A stretch of DNA of 64,000 bases, from IMG/VR virus record IMGVR_UViG_2904541872_000002, positions 1,693-65,692 of that record; one strand, given 5' to 3'. The position numbers were made by a program, and so were the translations under genes. The stretch's first letter is position 1. The number at the start of each line of letters is the position of its first letter. The notes below the pieces were generated by a model. That model saw nothing but the letters and a program-made list of their open reading frames with translations, was not told the origin of the DNA and searched no databases. Shown here one piece after another: positions 53,326 to 62,608 of the stretch. The stretch comes from a virus (lineage: Duplodnaviria; Caudoviricetes).

Positions 53326-53528
53326 GCGCCGCACACATTTGGTGGACCGCTGGCAATCACGGCCTTTGCGGCTACGTGGGTGCAGGCGCAAGTGGCATCC
53401 AGTTCACGCGGCATGCCTACGACTGCCTGCCCGGCCTCTGGCGTGTCGGCATCACGGGTTGGACCAACGACTGCAATGCCGTGGTCGATGACTTCGGCGA
53501 TCTCGTTCAGGTGCGAGGTACCGCATGA
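53322..53528 (+). CDS. Small early hypothetical protein
   Basis: 68 aa, GTGA overlap; ends DDFGDLVQV. Confidence 0.5.
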   Translation: MSAAHIWWTAGNHGLCGYVGAGASGIQFTRHAYDCLPGLWRVGITGWTNDCNAVVDDFGDLVQVRGTA

Positions 53529-53743
53529 GCGCCACGCAGCACACGCCGAAGACCGAGCTGGTCTCGATGACCATGAGCGGAAACCTGCACGACGTGGCGC
53601 GATACGTCAGCCGCTTCGGCCTGTCGGACTTCTTCGTGCAGGCGGAGTCCTCCGGGAGCAGCAGCATCGTCCTGCTGCGTCTCCCCGTGGGCTGGCCGGT
53701 CGATCACCTCGGGCCCGTGCCGGCGGAAGGGCGCGCGAAATGA
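53525..53743 (+). CDS. Small early hypothetical protein
   Basis: 72 aa, GAGG RBS, ATGA overlaps. Confidence 0.55.
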   Translation: MSATQHTPKTELVSMTMSGNLHDVARYVSRFGLSDFFVQAESSGSSSIVLLRLPVGWPVDHLGPVPAEGRAK

Positions 53744-53997
53744 GCACGCGCTCCATTCTCAGCTACGCGGACCTGCGCCGCGCCGAGCGCGAGTGCGCGC
53801 CCGACCAGACCGTCACCACCAACGTTGGCTTCCTGCTCGCGCTGCGCCGCGGCTCCGACGAACGCGACAAGTTCGCGTCGGCGGCACTGCAAGGCCTGTG
53901 CGCACATCCCGACACCTGGGCTCTCCCCTCCGAAGACGCGCTCGCGGAGAAGGCATACGAGCTCGCCGACGCCATGCTGCGCGCACGGGAGGCCTGA
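53740..53997 (+). CDS. Small early phage protein
   Basis: RDKFASAALQG...AEKAYELADAMLRAR, a common phage motif. Confidence 0.65.
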   Translation: MSTRSILSYADLRRAERECAPDQTVTTNVGFLLALRRGSDERDKFASAALQGLCAHPDTWALPSEDALAEKAYELADAMLRAREA

Positions 53998-54266
53998 TGC
54001 ACAACGCTTACCGCTTCCCCCTCGTGCCCGCGCCCGCTGACCAGCCCACGCTGGTCGGCACCGTGAACGCGGACGACCACCGCGCCGGCCGCATGCCGCG
54101 CTCGCTCGAGGACGCCTTCGGGCCCGGCCAGCGCTCCAGCACTGCGCGCCTCTTCGTCGAGATCCCCGCCCGCCAGCAGTTCGCAGAGAAGGTGGTGATC
54201 GCCGCCTCTGCGGCCGCCGGTGTGTTCGTCATCGCCCTCCTCATCTTCGAAAGGATCGCATCGTGA
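53997..54266 (+). CDS. Early protein with C-terminal TM helix
   Basis: RMPRSLEDAFG motif, TM VVIAASAAAGVFVIALLIF. Confidence 0.6.
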   Translation: MHNAYRFPLVPAPADQPTLVGTVNADDHRAGRMPRSLEDAFGPGQRSSTARLFVEIPARQQFAEKVVIAASAAAGVFVIALLIFERIAS

Positions 54267-54508
54267 GCGTCCGCCTCGTGCACCCGCCGCGCGCCAGCGC
54301 CGGCCAGACCGTTCCACCCGACCACTTCCCGGCCGCCGCCAACGACGACCACGTCGACATGCCCGGCCTGTGGTTCCCCTCCACCCTCGCGCACGACCTG
54401 TTCATCTGCGCCGGGATCGTGCTGTTGATCGCCTTCGGCGCGCTGCTCGCGTTCTCGGGCAGCGAGCCGCTCGCCCAGTGGGGCGCTCTCCTGGGCTTCG
54501 CGAAGTGA
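54263..54508 (+). CDS. Early membrane protein
   Basis: AANDD motif, hydrophobic LFICAGIVLLIAFGALLAFSG. Confidence 0.6.
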   Translation: MSVRLVHPPRASAGQTVPPDHFPAAANDDHVDMPGLWFPSTLAHDLFICAGIVLLIAFGALLAFSGSEPLAQWGALLGFAK

Positions 54509-55320
54509 GCATCGCACTCGCCCACGCGGAAACCGAAGTGCTCGAGCCTGCTCGGGTGGCGGCAGCACAGCCGCTTCCCGCACGCAACGAGATCGCGACG
54601 GTCATGCACGCCATCACGGCCGCGGCGAACGACCCGAACGTCGACGTCGACAAGATGGAGCGGCTGCTGGCGATGCACGAGCGCATGCGCGCCCACGCGG
54701 CCGAGCAGAAGTTCAACGTCGCGATGACGAAGTCTCAGGCGGCGATGGGTCCCATCTCGGCCGACGCGGTCAACCAGCAGACGCGCAGCACCTACGCCAC
54801 CTTCACGCAGCTGGACCGCGCGCTGCGCCCCATCTACACGAAGAACGGCTTCGCCCTCAGCTACGACACCGACGTCAGCCCCAAGGAGGACCACATCCGC
54901 GTTCTCTGCTACGTGTCGCACGCCGCGGGCCACATGCGCACCTACAAAAGCGACATGCCCACCGACGGCAAGGGCGCCAAGGGCGGCGACGTGATGACGA
55001 AGACGCACGCCCGCGGCTCGGCGATGACCTATGCCCAGCGCTACATGCTGAAGCTCATCTTCAACGTGGCGATCGGCGAGGACGACGACGACGGCAACGC
55101 GGCAGGCAAGAAGTCGACCGACGCCGACGTCGCGGCAGAGCAGGTGCTGGCCGCGCTGATCGACCGCCTGCTGCGCACCGTTCGCGACGACCAGGCCGCG
55201 GCGCTGTGGCAAGAGGGCTCCCGCGCGCTGCGCGAGACGCAGCGCAACGACCTGTACGCCAAGTTCAAGGACGCTGTCATCGCGCACCGCAACGCCCTCC
55301 GCGGGAGGCGCGCTGCATGA
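54505..55320 (+). CDS. ERF-family ssDNA annealing protein
   Basis: GTG 54505; FNVAMTKSQ, YATFTQL, GSAMTYAQRYMLKLIFNV..GEDDDDGN. Confidence 0.85.
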   Translation: MSIALAHAETEVLEPARVAAAQPLPARNEIATVMHAITAAANDPNVDVDKMERLLAMHERMRAHAAEQKFNVAMTKSQAAMGPISADAVNQQTRSTYATFTQLDRALRPIYTKNGFALSYDTDVSPKEDHIRVLCYVSHAAGHMRTYKSDMPTDGKGAKGGDVMTKTHARGSAMTYAQRYMLKLIFNVAIGEDDDDGNAAGKKSTDADVAAEQVLAALIDRLLRTVRDDQAAALWQEGSRALRETQRNDLYAKFKDAVIAHRNALRGRRAA

Positions 55321-56273
55321 TCGTCCTGAACCATCCCCAGGGCAGCGAAGACTGGCTGCGCGCGCGCTGCGGCGTGGCCACCGCGTCCCGCTTCACCGAG
55401 GCCCGGCAGAAGGTCGGCGGCCTGACCGATCAGCAGCGACTGTACGTCGACGCCGTGCTGGCGGGCCAGGATGAAGCGCTCGCTCGGGCGCATGCCGGCT
55501 TCAAGCAGAAGCCCACGGCCGGCGGCATCGCGAAGGCGCTCGCCGGTGAGTCCACCGAGGCACCAGGTGCCGACGCCGTGAAGTACGCATGGCTGATTGC
55601 TTTCGAGACGATCAGCCGCGAGCCGCTCGACGACACCTTCGTCACCTACGCGATGCGACGCGGCCGCGAACTCGAGCCGCGCGCGCGCATGGTCTACGAG
55701 ACGCGCACCGGAGCGCTGGTCGAAGAGGTCAGCTTGATCCTGACCGACGACGAGCGCTTCGGCTACTCGTCGGACGGCTTGATCGACGACGACGGCATGG
55801 TTGAGATCAAGTGCCCGCTGTCGTGCGACAAGCTGGGCAAGGTCTGGGCCAGCCCGGAAACCGCGCACATCGAGTACCTCGACCAGATCAACGGCGGCCT
55901 CTGGATCACGGGCCGGAAGTGGTGCGACCTCGTCGTCTACTGCCCGTGGCTCGAGCCGGTCGGCAAGGACCTGTTCGTGAAGCGCATCTATCGCAACGAC
56001 GACGCGATCGAAGCCCTCGAGTCGGACCTCATCAGCTTCTGGCGGCTGGTCGAAAGCTCCCTCGAGGTGCTGCGCGCGCCCGCCAAGATGTCCGGCGCTC
56101 CAAAGGTGCCGCCGGCAGACCAAGCGCAGCAGCCACACGCAGCGCGCACGCCCGCGACCTCGCCCCCGCCCTCGCCCTCGCCGGCCCCCGTGGCCGCGCC
56201 CCCCGCTTCCCTGTTCCCCGAGCCGACCGTGCCCGCGCGCGCCGGCCATGCCGTTGTCGACAACCCGTTCTGA
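55317..56273 (+). CDS. YqaJ/lambda-exonuclease family protein
   Basis: QGSEDWLRARCG..TAS, MRRGRELEP.AR, YSSDGL, VEIKCP, YLDQINGGLW. Confidence 0.85.
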   Translation: MIVLNHPQGSEDWLRARCGVATASRFTEARQKVGGLTDQQRLYVDAVLAGQDEALARAHAGFKQKPTAGGIAKALAGESTEAPGADAVKYAWLIAFETISREPLDDTFVTYAMRRGRELEPRARMVYETRTGALVEEVSLILTDDERFGYSSDGLIDDDGMVEIKCPLSCDKLGKVWASPETAHIEYLDQINGGLWITGRKWCDLVVYCPWLEPVGKDLFVKRIYRNDDAIEALESDLISFWRLVESSLEVLRAPAKMSGAPKVPPADQAQQPHAARTPATSPPPSPSPAPVAAPPASLFPEPTVPARAGHAVVDNPF

Positions 56274-56281
56274 GAGGCCCC

Positions 56282-57397
56282 ATGTCCGATCTTTCCACCA
56301 CCCCGACCGGCGGCGAAGTCGCCGCCAAGCCGACCACCATCGCTGCGGCGGCTCTCGCGCTCTTCGCTCCGCTGGAAGCCGAGGTCAACACCCTCGCGGA
56401 GCGCTACCGCAACGTCGCCTTCGACATGAGCACGCCGAAAGGCTTCAAGGCCGCCAAGGACGTGCGCCTGGAGCTGCGCGAATCGGGCCGCTTCGCGCTG
56501 CAGCGCCTGCGCGACAAGACCAAGGACCAACTCAACGACTGCAAGAAGGTCGTCGACGCCGAGGCCGCGCGCCTGATCGAGATCGTGCGGCCCGTCGAGA
56601 CTGCTGTCGACGAGCAGATCACGGTGCACGAGAACAAGCTGGCCGCCGAGAAGGCGGAGCGCGATCGCATCGAGGCCGAGCGCCGGCAGAAGCACCTGGA
56701 TGCGATCGCCAAGATCGAGAGCTACGTCGCAATGGCCGACGGCCTGCCGGTCGAGCGCATCGAAGCGGGCCTGGCCTACGTGCGCGAGATCGATGTGAGC
56801 GCGGCGGTCTTCGAGGACTTCGCGGTCCGGGCCTCGGCGCAGAAGGACGCCACCATCCGCGCGCTCGAGAAGATGATCGCCGACGTGCGCCAAGCGGCCG
56901 CGGCCGAGGCGCTGCGCATCGAGAACGAGCGCCTGCAGGCCGAGCTCGCCGCGATGCGGAGCCAGCAGGCAGCACCAGCACCGGCGCCGGCAGAGCCAGC
57001 TGCGGCGCCCGTTGCTGAGGCGCCGCCCGCAGCGCGCGCCGCGGAGGCGCACGTCGCATCGCACCGCCCCGCGACGTCGGCCTACGGTGGCGGCCGCAGC
57101 ACCTCGCCCGCGGCGCCCGCGCCCGCCTCCGCGCCGCCGGCGGCGATCGATACCGGCGCCGCAGCGGCCAATGAACCGAGCGTCGGCGCCAAGCCTACGC
57201 TGCGCATCGGCGAGATTTCGGAACGCCTGGGCCACCCACTCACGGCGCAGCGCCTGCGCGACTGGGGCATCGAGCCCGCCACGCGCGAAGGGGCCGCCAC
57301 GCTCTACCACGAGCACCAGTTCGCGCTCATCTGCGACGCCGTCGCACGCAACGCCATGCAGGCCAAGGCCGCGCACGCGCAGCGCCTCGCCGCCTGA
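56282..57397 (+). CDS. Coiled-coil early protein
   Basis: ATG 56282; long heptad region DAEAARLIE...AAEKAERDR, Ala/Pro linker, small C-domain. Confidence 0.7.
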   Translation: MSDLSTTPTGGEVAAKPTTIAAAALALFAPLEAEVNTLAERYRNVAFDMSTPKGFKAAKDVRLELRESGRFALQRLRDKTKDQLNDCKKVVDAEAARLIEIVRPVETAVDEQITVHENKLAAEKAERDRIEAERRQKHLDAIAKIESYVAMADGLPVERIEAGLAYVREIDVSAAVFEDFAVRASAQKDATIRALEKMIADVRQAAAAEALRIENERLQAELAAMRSQQAAPAPAPAEPAAAPVAEAPPAARAAEAHVASHRPATSAYGGGRSTSPAAPAPASAPPAAIDTGAAAANEPSVGAKPTLRIGEISERLGHPLTAQRLRDWGIEPATREGAATLYHEHQFALICDAVARNAMQAKAAHAQRLAA

Positions 57398-57420
57398 TCC
57401 TCCAGCAGCAAGAGTCAACG

Positions 57421-57696
57421 ATGCCCATGTCCTTCCACAACGAGGCCGAGCGCCTCGACATTCCCCTCATGCCCGTGAAGTCCGCTCAGGTGGCGGCCGT
57501 GGGCTATGACCCGATCACGAAGACGCTGGCCGTGACCTTCACGCGCGGCGCCGGCACGGTCTACCAGTACCCCGACATCACCGCCGCGACCCACGCAGCT
57601 TTGCTGGCGGCCGAGTCCATCGGCAAGTACTTCGAGCAGCACATCCGGCCCCAACCCTTCAAGAAGTTCGTGACGGCCCCGGCCGGCGCGCGCTGA
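57421..57696 (+). CDS. KTSC-domain protein
   Basis: MPVKSAQVAAVGYDP...LAVTF...YQYPDI....AESIGKYF. Confidence 0.85.
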   Translation: MPMSFHNEAERLDIPLMPVKSAQVAAVGYDPITKTLAVTFTRGAGTVYQYPDITAATHAALLAAESIGKYFEQHIRPQPFKKFVTAPAGAR

Positions 57697-57814
57697 CCAG
57701 TTCCGGGCGACCCGTTGGTCGGAGTCTTTCCCTCCTCCCTCCCTCCTCCATTGCCGACCAACCCGCGCGAGCGGCGCCCGCTTTTTACTCCCCTCAACCA
57801 CCAGAAAGGTGACC

Positions 57815-58189
57815 ATGCCTGACGTATTGAAGTCCCCAACGCCGCAGGCCAAGCGGCAGAGCTTCTCGGAGTTCCTCCAGTCGCTCGACTACGGCGCCAT
57901 CGACGACGAGGCGACGCACGAACTCAACGAGATCGTGCATGCCTGCACGGAGACCGGCAAGACCGGCGAGATCTCGCTGACGATCAAGATCAAGCCCATC
58001 GGTACGGCCGGCCAGGTCGAGCTCGACAGCGCCCTCAAGGTGAAGAAGCCGAAGCCCGTTCGCGGCAAGACGCTGATGTTCGCCACCCCCGACAACAACC
58101 TGCAGCGCGAAGACCCGCGCCAGCGCTCGCTCGACGGCGTGCGCACCGTGGCGGAAGAGGCCCGCGGCCAAGTCCGCGCTGTGTCCTGA
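57815..58189 (+). CDS. Partner protein upstream of DUF2303 gene
   Basis: TGKTGEISLTIKIKP, FATPDNNLQREDPRQ. Confidence 0.7.
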   Translation: MPDVLKSPTPQAKRQSFSEFLQSLDYGAIDDEATHELNEIVHACTETGKTGEISLTIKIKPIGTAGQVELDSALKVKKPKPVRGKTLMFATPDNNLQREDPRQRSLDGVRTVAEEARGQVRAVS

Positions 58190-58239
58190 GACCGCCCTTC
58201 CACCCGCTCCTCCATCACAACTTTTTCAACGAGTACTCA

Positions 58240-59082
58240 ATGAGCAACGACAACACCGCCTGCAACGTGCAGGCCGCAATCAACGCCGGCGCCGGCCTGG
58301 CTGGCGTCCAGATCCTGGACCTCGCCAAGGCGACCCCGGGCAACCTCCCCTTCGTCGTGCTGCCCGAGGGCTACCGCACCGAGAGCCTCGAGTCGATCCT
58401 GGCTTCGCCCTTGCGCAAGAAGGGCAACACGACGTTGAACGACGCGGTCAGCTTCATCGCAGTCGTCAACGACCAGAAGGGCGACACCACGCGCCTCTAC
58501 TCGACCATCAACCCGCCGACCTTCACCGCCGTGTTCAATGACCACGCCGGCGTGGCCGGGGGCGGCTGGCGCGCGGGCTGGCGCGATCACCGGGCCGTCT
58601 ACAACGCGCCACTGTCTCCCGAGTGGAAGACGTGGGTTGGCGCGAGCGGCCGCCACCAGACTCAAGCCGACTTCGCGCAGTTCATCGAGACCAATCTGCC
58701 GCACATCGCCGAGCCCGTCGGTGCCGTGGTGCTCGAGGTGGCCCGCACCCTCGAGGCGAAGAAGAAGGTGAACTTCGCGTCGAGCTTGCGCCTCTCGGAC
58801 GGTTCCACCCAGTTCACCTACGAAGAAGACGTGCAGGGCTCGGCGCAGAAGGGGCAGCTGCAGGTGCCCGAGGTGTTCGTGCTCGCGATCCCCGTATTCG
58901 AGAACGGCGAGCTGTGGAAGCTAGAGGCCCAGCTGCGCTACCGCATCGCCGACGGCGGCAAGCTGACCATCTGGTACGAGCTGCTGCGCCCGCACAAGGT
59001 CATCGAGGCCGCAGTCGACGACCTCCGCACCACCATCGCCGAGAAGACGGAGCTGCCCATCCTGGTCGGCTCCCTCAACTGA
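58240..59082 (+). CDS. DUF2303 family protein
   Basis: AVFNDH, WRDHRAVY, QADFAQFIE, IPVFENG, LRYRI. Confidence 0.85.
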   Translation: MSNDNTACNVQAAINAGAGLAGVQILDLAKATPGNLPFVVLPEGYRTESLESILASPLRKKGNTTLNDAVSFIAVVNDQKGDTTRLYSTINPPTFTAVFNDHAGVAGGGWRAGWRDHRAVYNAPLSPEWKTWVGASGRHQTQADFAQFIETNLPHIAEPVGAVVLEVARTLEAKKKVNFASSLRLSDGSTQFTYEEDVQGSAQKGQLQVPEVFVLAIPVFENGELWKLEAQLRYRIADGGKLTIWYELLRPHKVIEAAVDDLRTTIAEKTELPILVGSLN

Positions 59083-59138
59083 TCGCCCCCTTTAGCCCGC
59101 CCGCGCCGCAGGGCGCGGGCACCGACGAGCGAGACGAC

Positions 59139-59663
59139 ATGAGCGAGAACACCAAGATCGAGATCCCGGCCACGACGTTGGCCTACCTCGCCGGAATGAT
59201 CGATGGCGACGGCTACATCAGCATCACGCGCTCGGTGCGGGCCGGCAAAGAGTACTTCGGCGCCCAGGTCGGCATCGCAGGCACTCGACGCGAGCCGCAC
59301 GACCTGGCCGCTTCCCTCTGGGGCGGCGTCGTGTCGCGCTACGAACCGGCGAATCCGAACCACCGCGCGCAGTTTCAATGGTCGCGTGTGGGCAAGGTCG
59401 CAGCGATGGTCATCGACGCGATCTACCCCTACCTGCTGATCAAGAAAGAGCACGCCGAACTCGCGCTTGCGTTGCACGAGTATGTGCGCGAGGCACGCGC
59501 CGAGGATCCGTTCCCCTGGTTCGCGCCAGACTACGACCCTCTCGTTCACATGCGAGCCATGCGCGACGAAATGATCGCGCTCAACCAATCGCGCAATCGC
59601 GTCGGCAAGAAGGCCGCCGGCCGCCTGCTGGACGGCCGCACCTGGGACGAGGTGCCCGCGTGA
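59139..59663 (+). CDS. Single-motif LAGLIDADG endonuclease flanked by DUF5131 (Gp37/Gp68) N- and C-terminal peptides
   Basis: MSENTKIE start, LAYLAGMIDGDGYISI, YPYLLIKKEHA, end RVGKKAAGRLLDGRTWDEVP. Confidence 0.8.
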   Translation: MSENTKIEIPATTLAYLAGMIDGDGYISITRSVRAGKEYFGAQVGIAGTRREPHDLAASLWGGVVSRYEPANPNHRAQFQWSRVGKVAAMVIDAIYPYLLIKKEHAELALALHEYVREARAEDPFPWFAPDYDPLVHMRAMRDEMIALNQSRNRVGKKAAGRLLDGRTWDEVPA

Positions 59664-59665
59664 CG

Positions 59666-59914
59666 CTACGGGGAGGGTGCCCTATACCTGCGACGCAGTT
59701 CCTGAACCGCTGGAGCAATCGCCACATGGGCGCGCTGTGCCAGTTCGGCGGGACCGTTCCAAATCGAAAGATCCCAGTTGCAGCCCTCTCTGTCGGGCTT
59801 GTGCCAGTAAGGGTGCTGTGGCGTGACGTCGTCGAACTCCGGGTGCTTGCGAAGCTCGTCGATCACGAGCGTGCGGATCTCATCCAGCGACTTGATGACA
59901 GCTCCGGTGACCAT
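59666..59914 (-). CDS. Small antisense cargo protein (82 aa)
   Basis: ATG 59914 after AGGAG; EGCNWDL, AVQELRRRY. Confidence 0.6.
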   Translation of the reverse strand: MVTGAVIKSLDEIRTLVIDELRKHPEFDDVTPQHPYWHKPDREGCNWDLSIWNGPAELAQRAHVAIAPAVQELRRRYRAPSP

Positions 59915-60051
59915 CGTTGTCTCCTGGTTCTCAGTTTGGGGAGCGCCAGTATGAACGAACGCCGGAAACCGCAGCCCCGTTGCCCGACCTTTGCGTGTGA
60001 GTCTGTACAGGCGAATGCAGTCCACGCATCGCAGGGAAAGGATAAGGCGCC

Positions 60052-60498
60052 GTGAACTACGAACTCCGCATGAAGATGCAGGAATACGAGCGCGGCCGCA
60101 TCACATGGTCCGAGCTGGGCGAGTGGCTGGACGCGCGGATCATGTTCACGCCGCGGCTGCCGGCGGACGTGACCGTCTTCAACCCCCACAACCCGGCCAT
60201 CCAGCTGCTGCCCGAGGGCACCCGCATCGCCGTCTACCGGCGCGTGCCCGACGCCGTCGAACACGGCGACGACCCCGAACTGCGCCTGTCGCCGCGCGAG
60301 GTGAACGACGAGCAGCCGACCACCGTCGCACAGCGGTTCGTGAACCGGAACCACCAGCGGCCGCCGGTGGCGTGGATGCACTTCGCCGACCCCGAGCGCT
60401 GCATCAGCGTCGCGGTCAAGAGCCTGGGCCAGCGCGCCGGCGGCATGTCGGCGCGCTGGGTCGGCGCCTACACCCTGCCACTCGTGAGGAGCGAATGA
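60052..60498 (+). CDS. Early hypothetical protein
   Basis: 148 aa, high-GC phage codon usage. Confidence 0.6.
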   Translation: MNYELRMKMQEYERGRITWSELGEWLDARIMFTPRLPADVTVFNPHNPAIQLLPEGTRIAVYRRVPDAVEHGDDPELRLSPREVNDEQPTTVAQRFVNRNHQRPPVAWMHFADPERCISVAVKSLGQRAGGMSARWVGAYTLPLVRSE

Positions 60499-60500
60499 CG

Positions 60501-60743
60501 TCAGTCCTCTTCGAGGTCGAATTCTTCCTGGGCCTGGCGGATCACGCGCGCCACGCTGGTGCTGTGTTGGTCGCGATCCCTCAAGACTGGGACGGTCCAG
60601 GTTGGCCCACCCGGGCCGCCGTCGCACCAGCGAACGCCACCCAGGTGCACGTCCGTTTCCAAGCCATCGAACCCAGGCAGCGCCTCTATGCGCTCGATCA
60701 GGATCTGGCGCAGCTGTCGCGCCGTGCGGGTGGGTTTTGCCAT
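60501..60743 (-). CDS. Small antisense cargo protein (80 aa)
   Basis: MAKPTRTARQLRQILIERI...GPTW...VIRQAQEEFDL. Confidence 0.55.
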   Translation of the reverse strand: MAKPTRTARQLRQILIERIEALPGFDGLETDVHLGGVRWCDGGPGGPTWTVPVLRDRDQHSTSVARVIRQAQEEFDLEED

Positions 60744-60777
60744 TTTTCTGAGTATTGCACCAAGGAAAGGAGCACAG

Positions 60778-61008
60778 ATGTCCATCGTCCTGACTGAAGA
60801 CGAGCTGCAGGCGATCACTGGCTACAAGGTATCCACCATGCAGCTCGCGGTACTGCACAGGCGCGGCTTCTACCGCGCATTCATGGGCCGCAAGGGCGTC
60901 GTGCTCGAGCGCAGCCACTACGAGTCCGTGACCCGCGGCGAATCCACCTCGCCGACCGGCGGCGTCAAGAAATCGATCAACCTTTCCCACCTGAAACTCG
61001 CACAATGA
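60778..61008 (+). CDS. Excisionase-like protein (DUF4224 type)
   Basis: LTEDELQAITGYK...QLAVLHRRG; GGAG RBS; ATGA overlap with integrase. Confidence 0.75.
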   Translation: MSIVLTEDELQAITGYKVSTMQLAVLHRRGFYRAFMGRKGVVLERSHYESVTRGESTSPTGGVKKSINLSHLKLAQ

Positions 61009-62102
61009 TTCGCCCACGAGCCACCCCGGACGGCCTGCCGTTCCGGGTCTATGAGAGGTACGGCAAGAAGGTCTACAGCATCGGCTACAAGATGAAGTCC
61101 GGCCGCTGGGCGTTCAAGCTGCGGTGCCAGGTCGACGATGCCAACCAGGTGCGCAAGCTCCGCCGCCAAGCCATCGAGGACTCGGCGCGCATCATGGACG
61201 ACGTGCCCGAAGGCGGCTTCAGCGGCTTAGTGAATGCCTGGTTCGCATGGCAAGAGGGACTGCCCGACACGTCCGCGGAGAAGCGCGCGGAATCGACGCG
61301 CACCGAGAACCGCCGCGAAGCCGACATGCTGCTCAAGTCCTTCGGGCACCTCGAGGTCGGCGAGATCACCCGATCGATGGGCTACCAGTACCTCGAGGCC
61401 CATCAAGAAGCCGGCCGGCCCGAGAAATCGAACAAGGAAATCGCGCTCGCGCGCCTCATCCTCGAGTACGCCATCCGCAAGGGCATGATCGAGACGAACC
61501 CTTTCGACAAGCTCACCAAGAACAAGCGGGTGAAGGAAGCGAAGCGCTATGTCACCCACGACGAGCTCGAAATCGTCGTAGCCACCGGCCGGGAGCTCGG
61601 CGGCCCGTATCACATCATCGCCCTGGCACTGAAAACCGCATGGCTCTGCGTGCGTCGGTCGTTCGAAGTCCGCAAGGTCACCATCGACGCGATCACGGAC
61701 GACGGCATCCTCTGGACCGACTCCAAGGATCCGACGAAGCCGAGGATCCTGATCGAGTGGTCCCCCGAGCTGAAGGAAACCGTCGAGGAGGCCCGCGCGA
61801 TCAAGCGCAACAAGCTGGCCGGCTCGTTCCTGCTGTTCGGCAACCTGCAGGGCCAGCGCTACACGAAGTCGGGTTGGGGAAAGCTACTGGGCACGCTCAT
61901 GGCCACGGCCGAGGAGCACGCGCGTGCGCTGGATCTCGAGTTCGAGCACTTCTCGCTGCAGGATTGCCGGCCGAAGGGGGTGAGCGACAAGCTCGAGGCT
62001 GGCCACACGGACACGCAGGAGGCCACGCTGCACACCGACGGGAAGATGATCGCTCGGGTCTACGACCGTCGGCAGCTCAAGAAAGCGACCCCAGCGGGGT
62101 AG
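61005..62102 (+). CDS. Tyrosine integrase
   Basis: 365 aa; core-binding NKEIALARLI, catalytic CVRRSFEVR, QDCR, LH, VYDR; adjacent to tRNA-Asp. Confidence 0.9.
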   Translation: MIRPRATPDGLPFRVYERYGKKVYSIGYKMKSGRWAFKLRCQVDDANQVRKLRRQAIEDSARIMDDVPEGGFSGLVNAWFAWQEGLPDTSAEKRAESTRTENRREADMLLKSFGHLEVGEITRSMGYQYLEAHQEAGRPEKSNKEIALARLILEYAIRKGMIETNPFDKLTKNKRVKEAKRYVTHDELEIVVATGRELGGPYHIIALALKTAWLCVRRSFEVRKVTIDAITDDGILWTDSKDPTKPRILIEWSPELKETVEEARAIKRNKLAGSFLLFGNLQGQRYTKSGWGKLLGTLMATAEEHARALDLEFEHFSLQDCRPKGVSDKLEAGHTDTQEATLHTDGKMIARVYDRRQLKKATPAG

Positions 62103-62143
62103 CTCATATTCCAAAGTGCCTCGAAACGAATTCCAAAAAGACA

Positions 62144-62175
62144 AACGGGCTACGTGATTTCTCACGTAACCCGTT
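62144..62175. terminator. Inverted repeat just downstream of tRNA-Asp (att-associated terminator)
   Basis: AACGGGCTACGTGA / TCACGTAACCCGTT, 13 of 14 matched; ATTCCAAA direct repeats at 62108 and 62130 may be arm sites. Confidence 0.6.
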
Positions 62176-62183
62176 GTTTTATA

Positions 62184-62260
62184 TGGCGGAGTGGACGGGA
62201 CTCGAACCCGCGACCCCCGGCGTGACAGGCCGGTATTCTAACCAACTGAACTACCACTCC
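62184..62260 (-). tRNA. tRNA-Asp(GTC), integration target
   Basis: 77-nt canonical cloverleaf GGAGTGGTAG...CTGTCAC...TTCGAG...CCGCCA. Confidence 0.97.
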
Positions 62261-62329
62261 TGGTAGACAACGTTCACTCCTTGCGGAGTCGAGTGTTGAC
62301 GACTCGTGCCTGCTTCACTTGCATGAAAC

Positions 62330-62405
62330 TGGCGACCCTACGGGGATTCGAACCCCGGTAGCCACCGTGAAAGGGTGGTGTCCTAGGCCTCTAGACGATA
62401 GGGTC
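62330..62405 (-). tRNA. tRNA-Glu(TTC)
   Basis: 76-nt cloverleaf, CCACC-CTTTCAC-GGTGG, CCA end. Confidence 0.97.
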
Positions 62406-62460
62406 AAAACCTTAGGAACCGTGCTGCGATCAGCACTTCTTCTCTTCTCGACACTTTTGA

Positions 62461-62536
<76 letters not shown>

Positions 62537-62608
62537 TCTTTGACATTCCAGTGCTTCTTTTCAGAATCACCTTGTGTCGGTGTCGAGCCTCAAATTATAG
62601 ACCGATTT

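Larger units (their letters stand above)
1..62183. mobile_element. Temperate prophage (podovirus-like morphogenesis, lambdoid control region) integrated at the 3' end of tRNA-Asp; left junction outside window
   Basis: Integrase ends 82 bp from the tRNA-Asp 3' end; contiguous integration, immunity, replication, packaging, capsid, tail and lysis modules; no second copy of the tRNA-Asp 3' end seen in the window. Confidence 0.95.

Noticed and set aside
59139-59663. Intein or group I intron interpretation of the LAGLIDADG ORF
   Set aside because: No N-terminal Cys/Ser block, no HN-C/S/T junction, no Hint domain, and no room for intron core structure
60495-60797. Plus-strand ORF MTSVLFEVEFFLG... 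with plausible coupling
   Set aside because: Fully overlaps the minus-strand 80-aa gene, which has a more protein-like pattern; cannot support both
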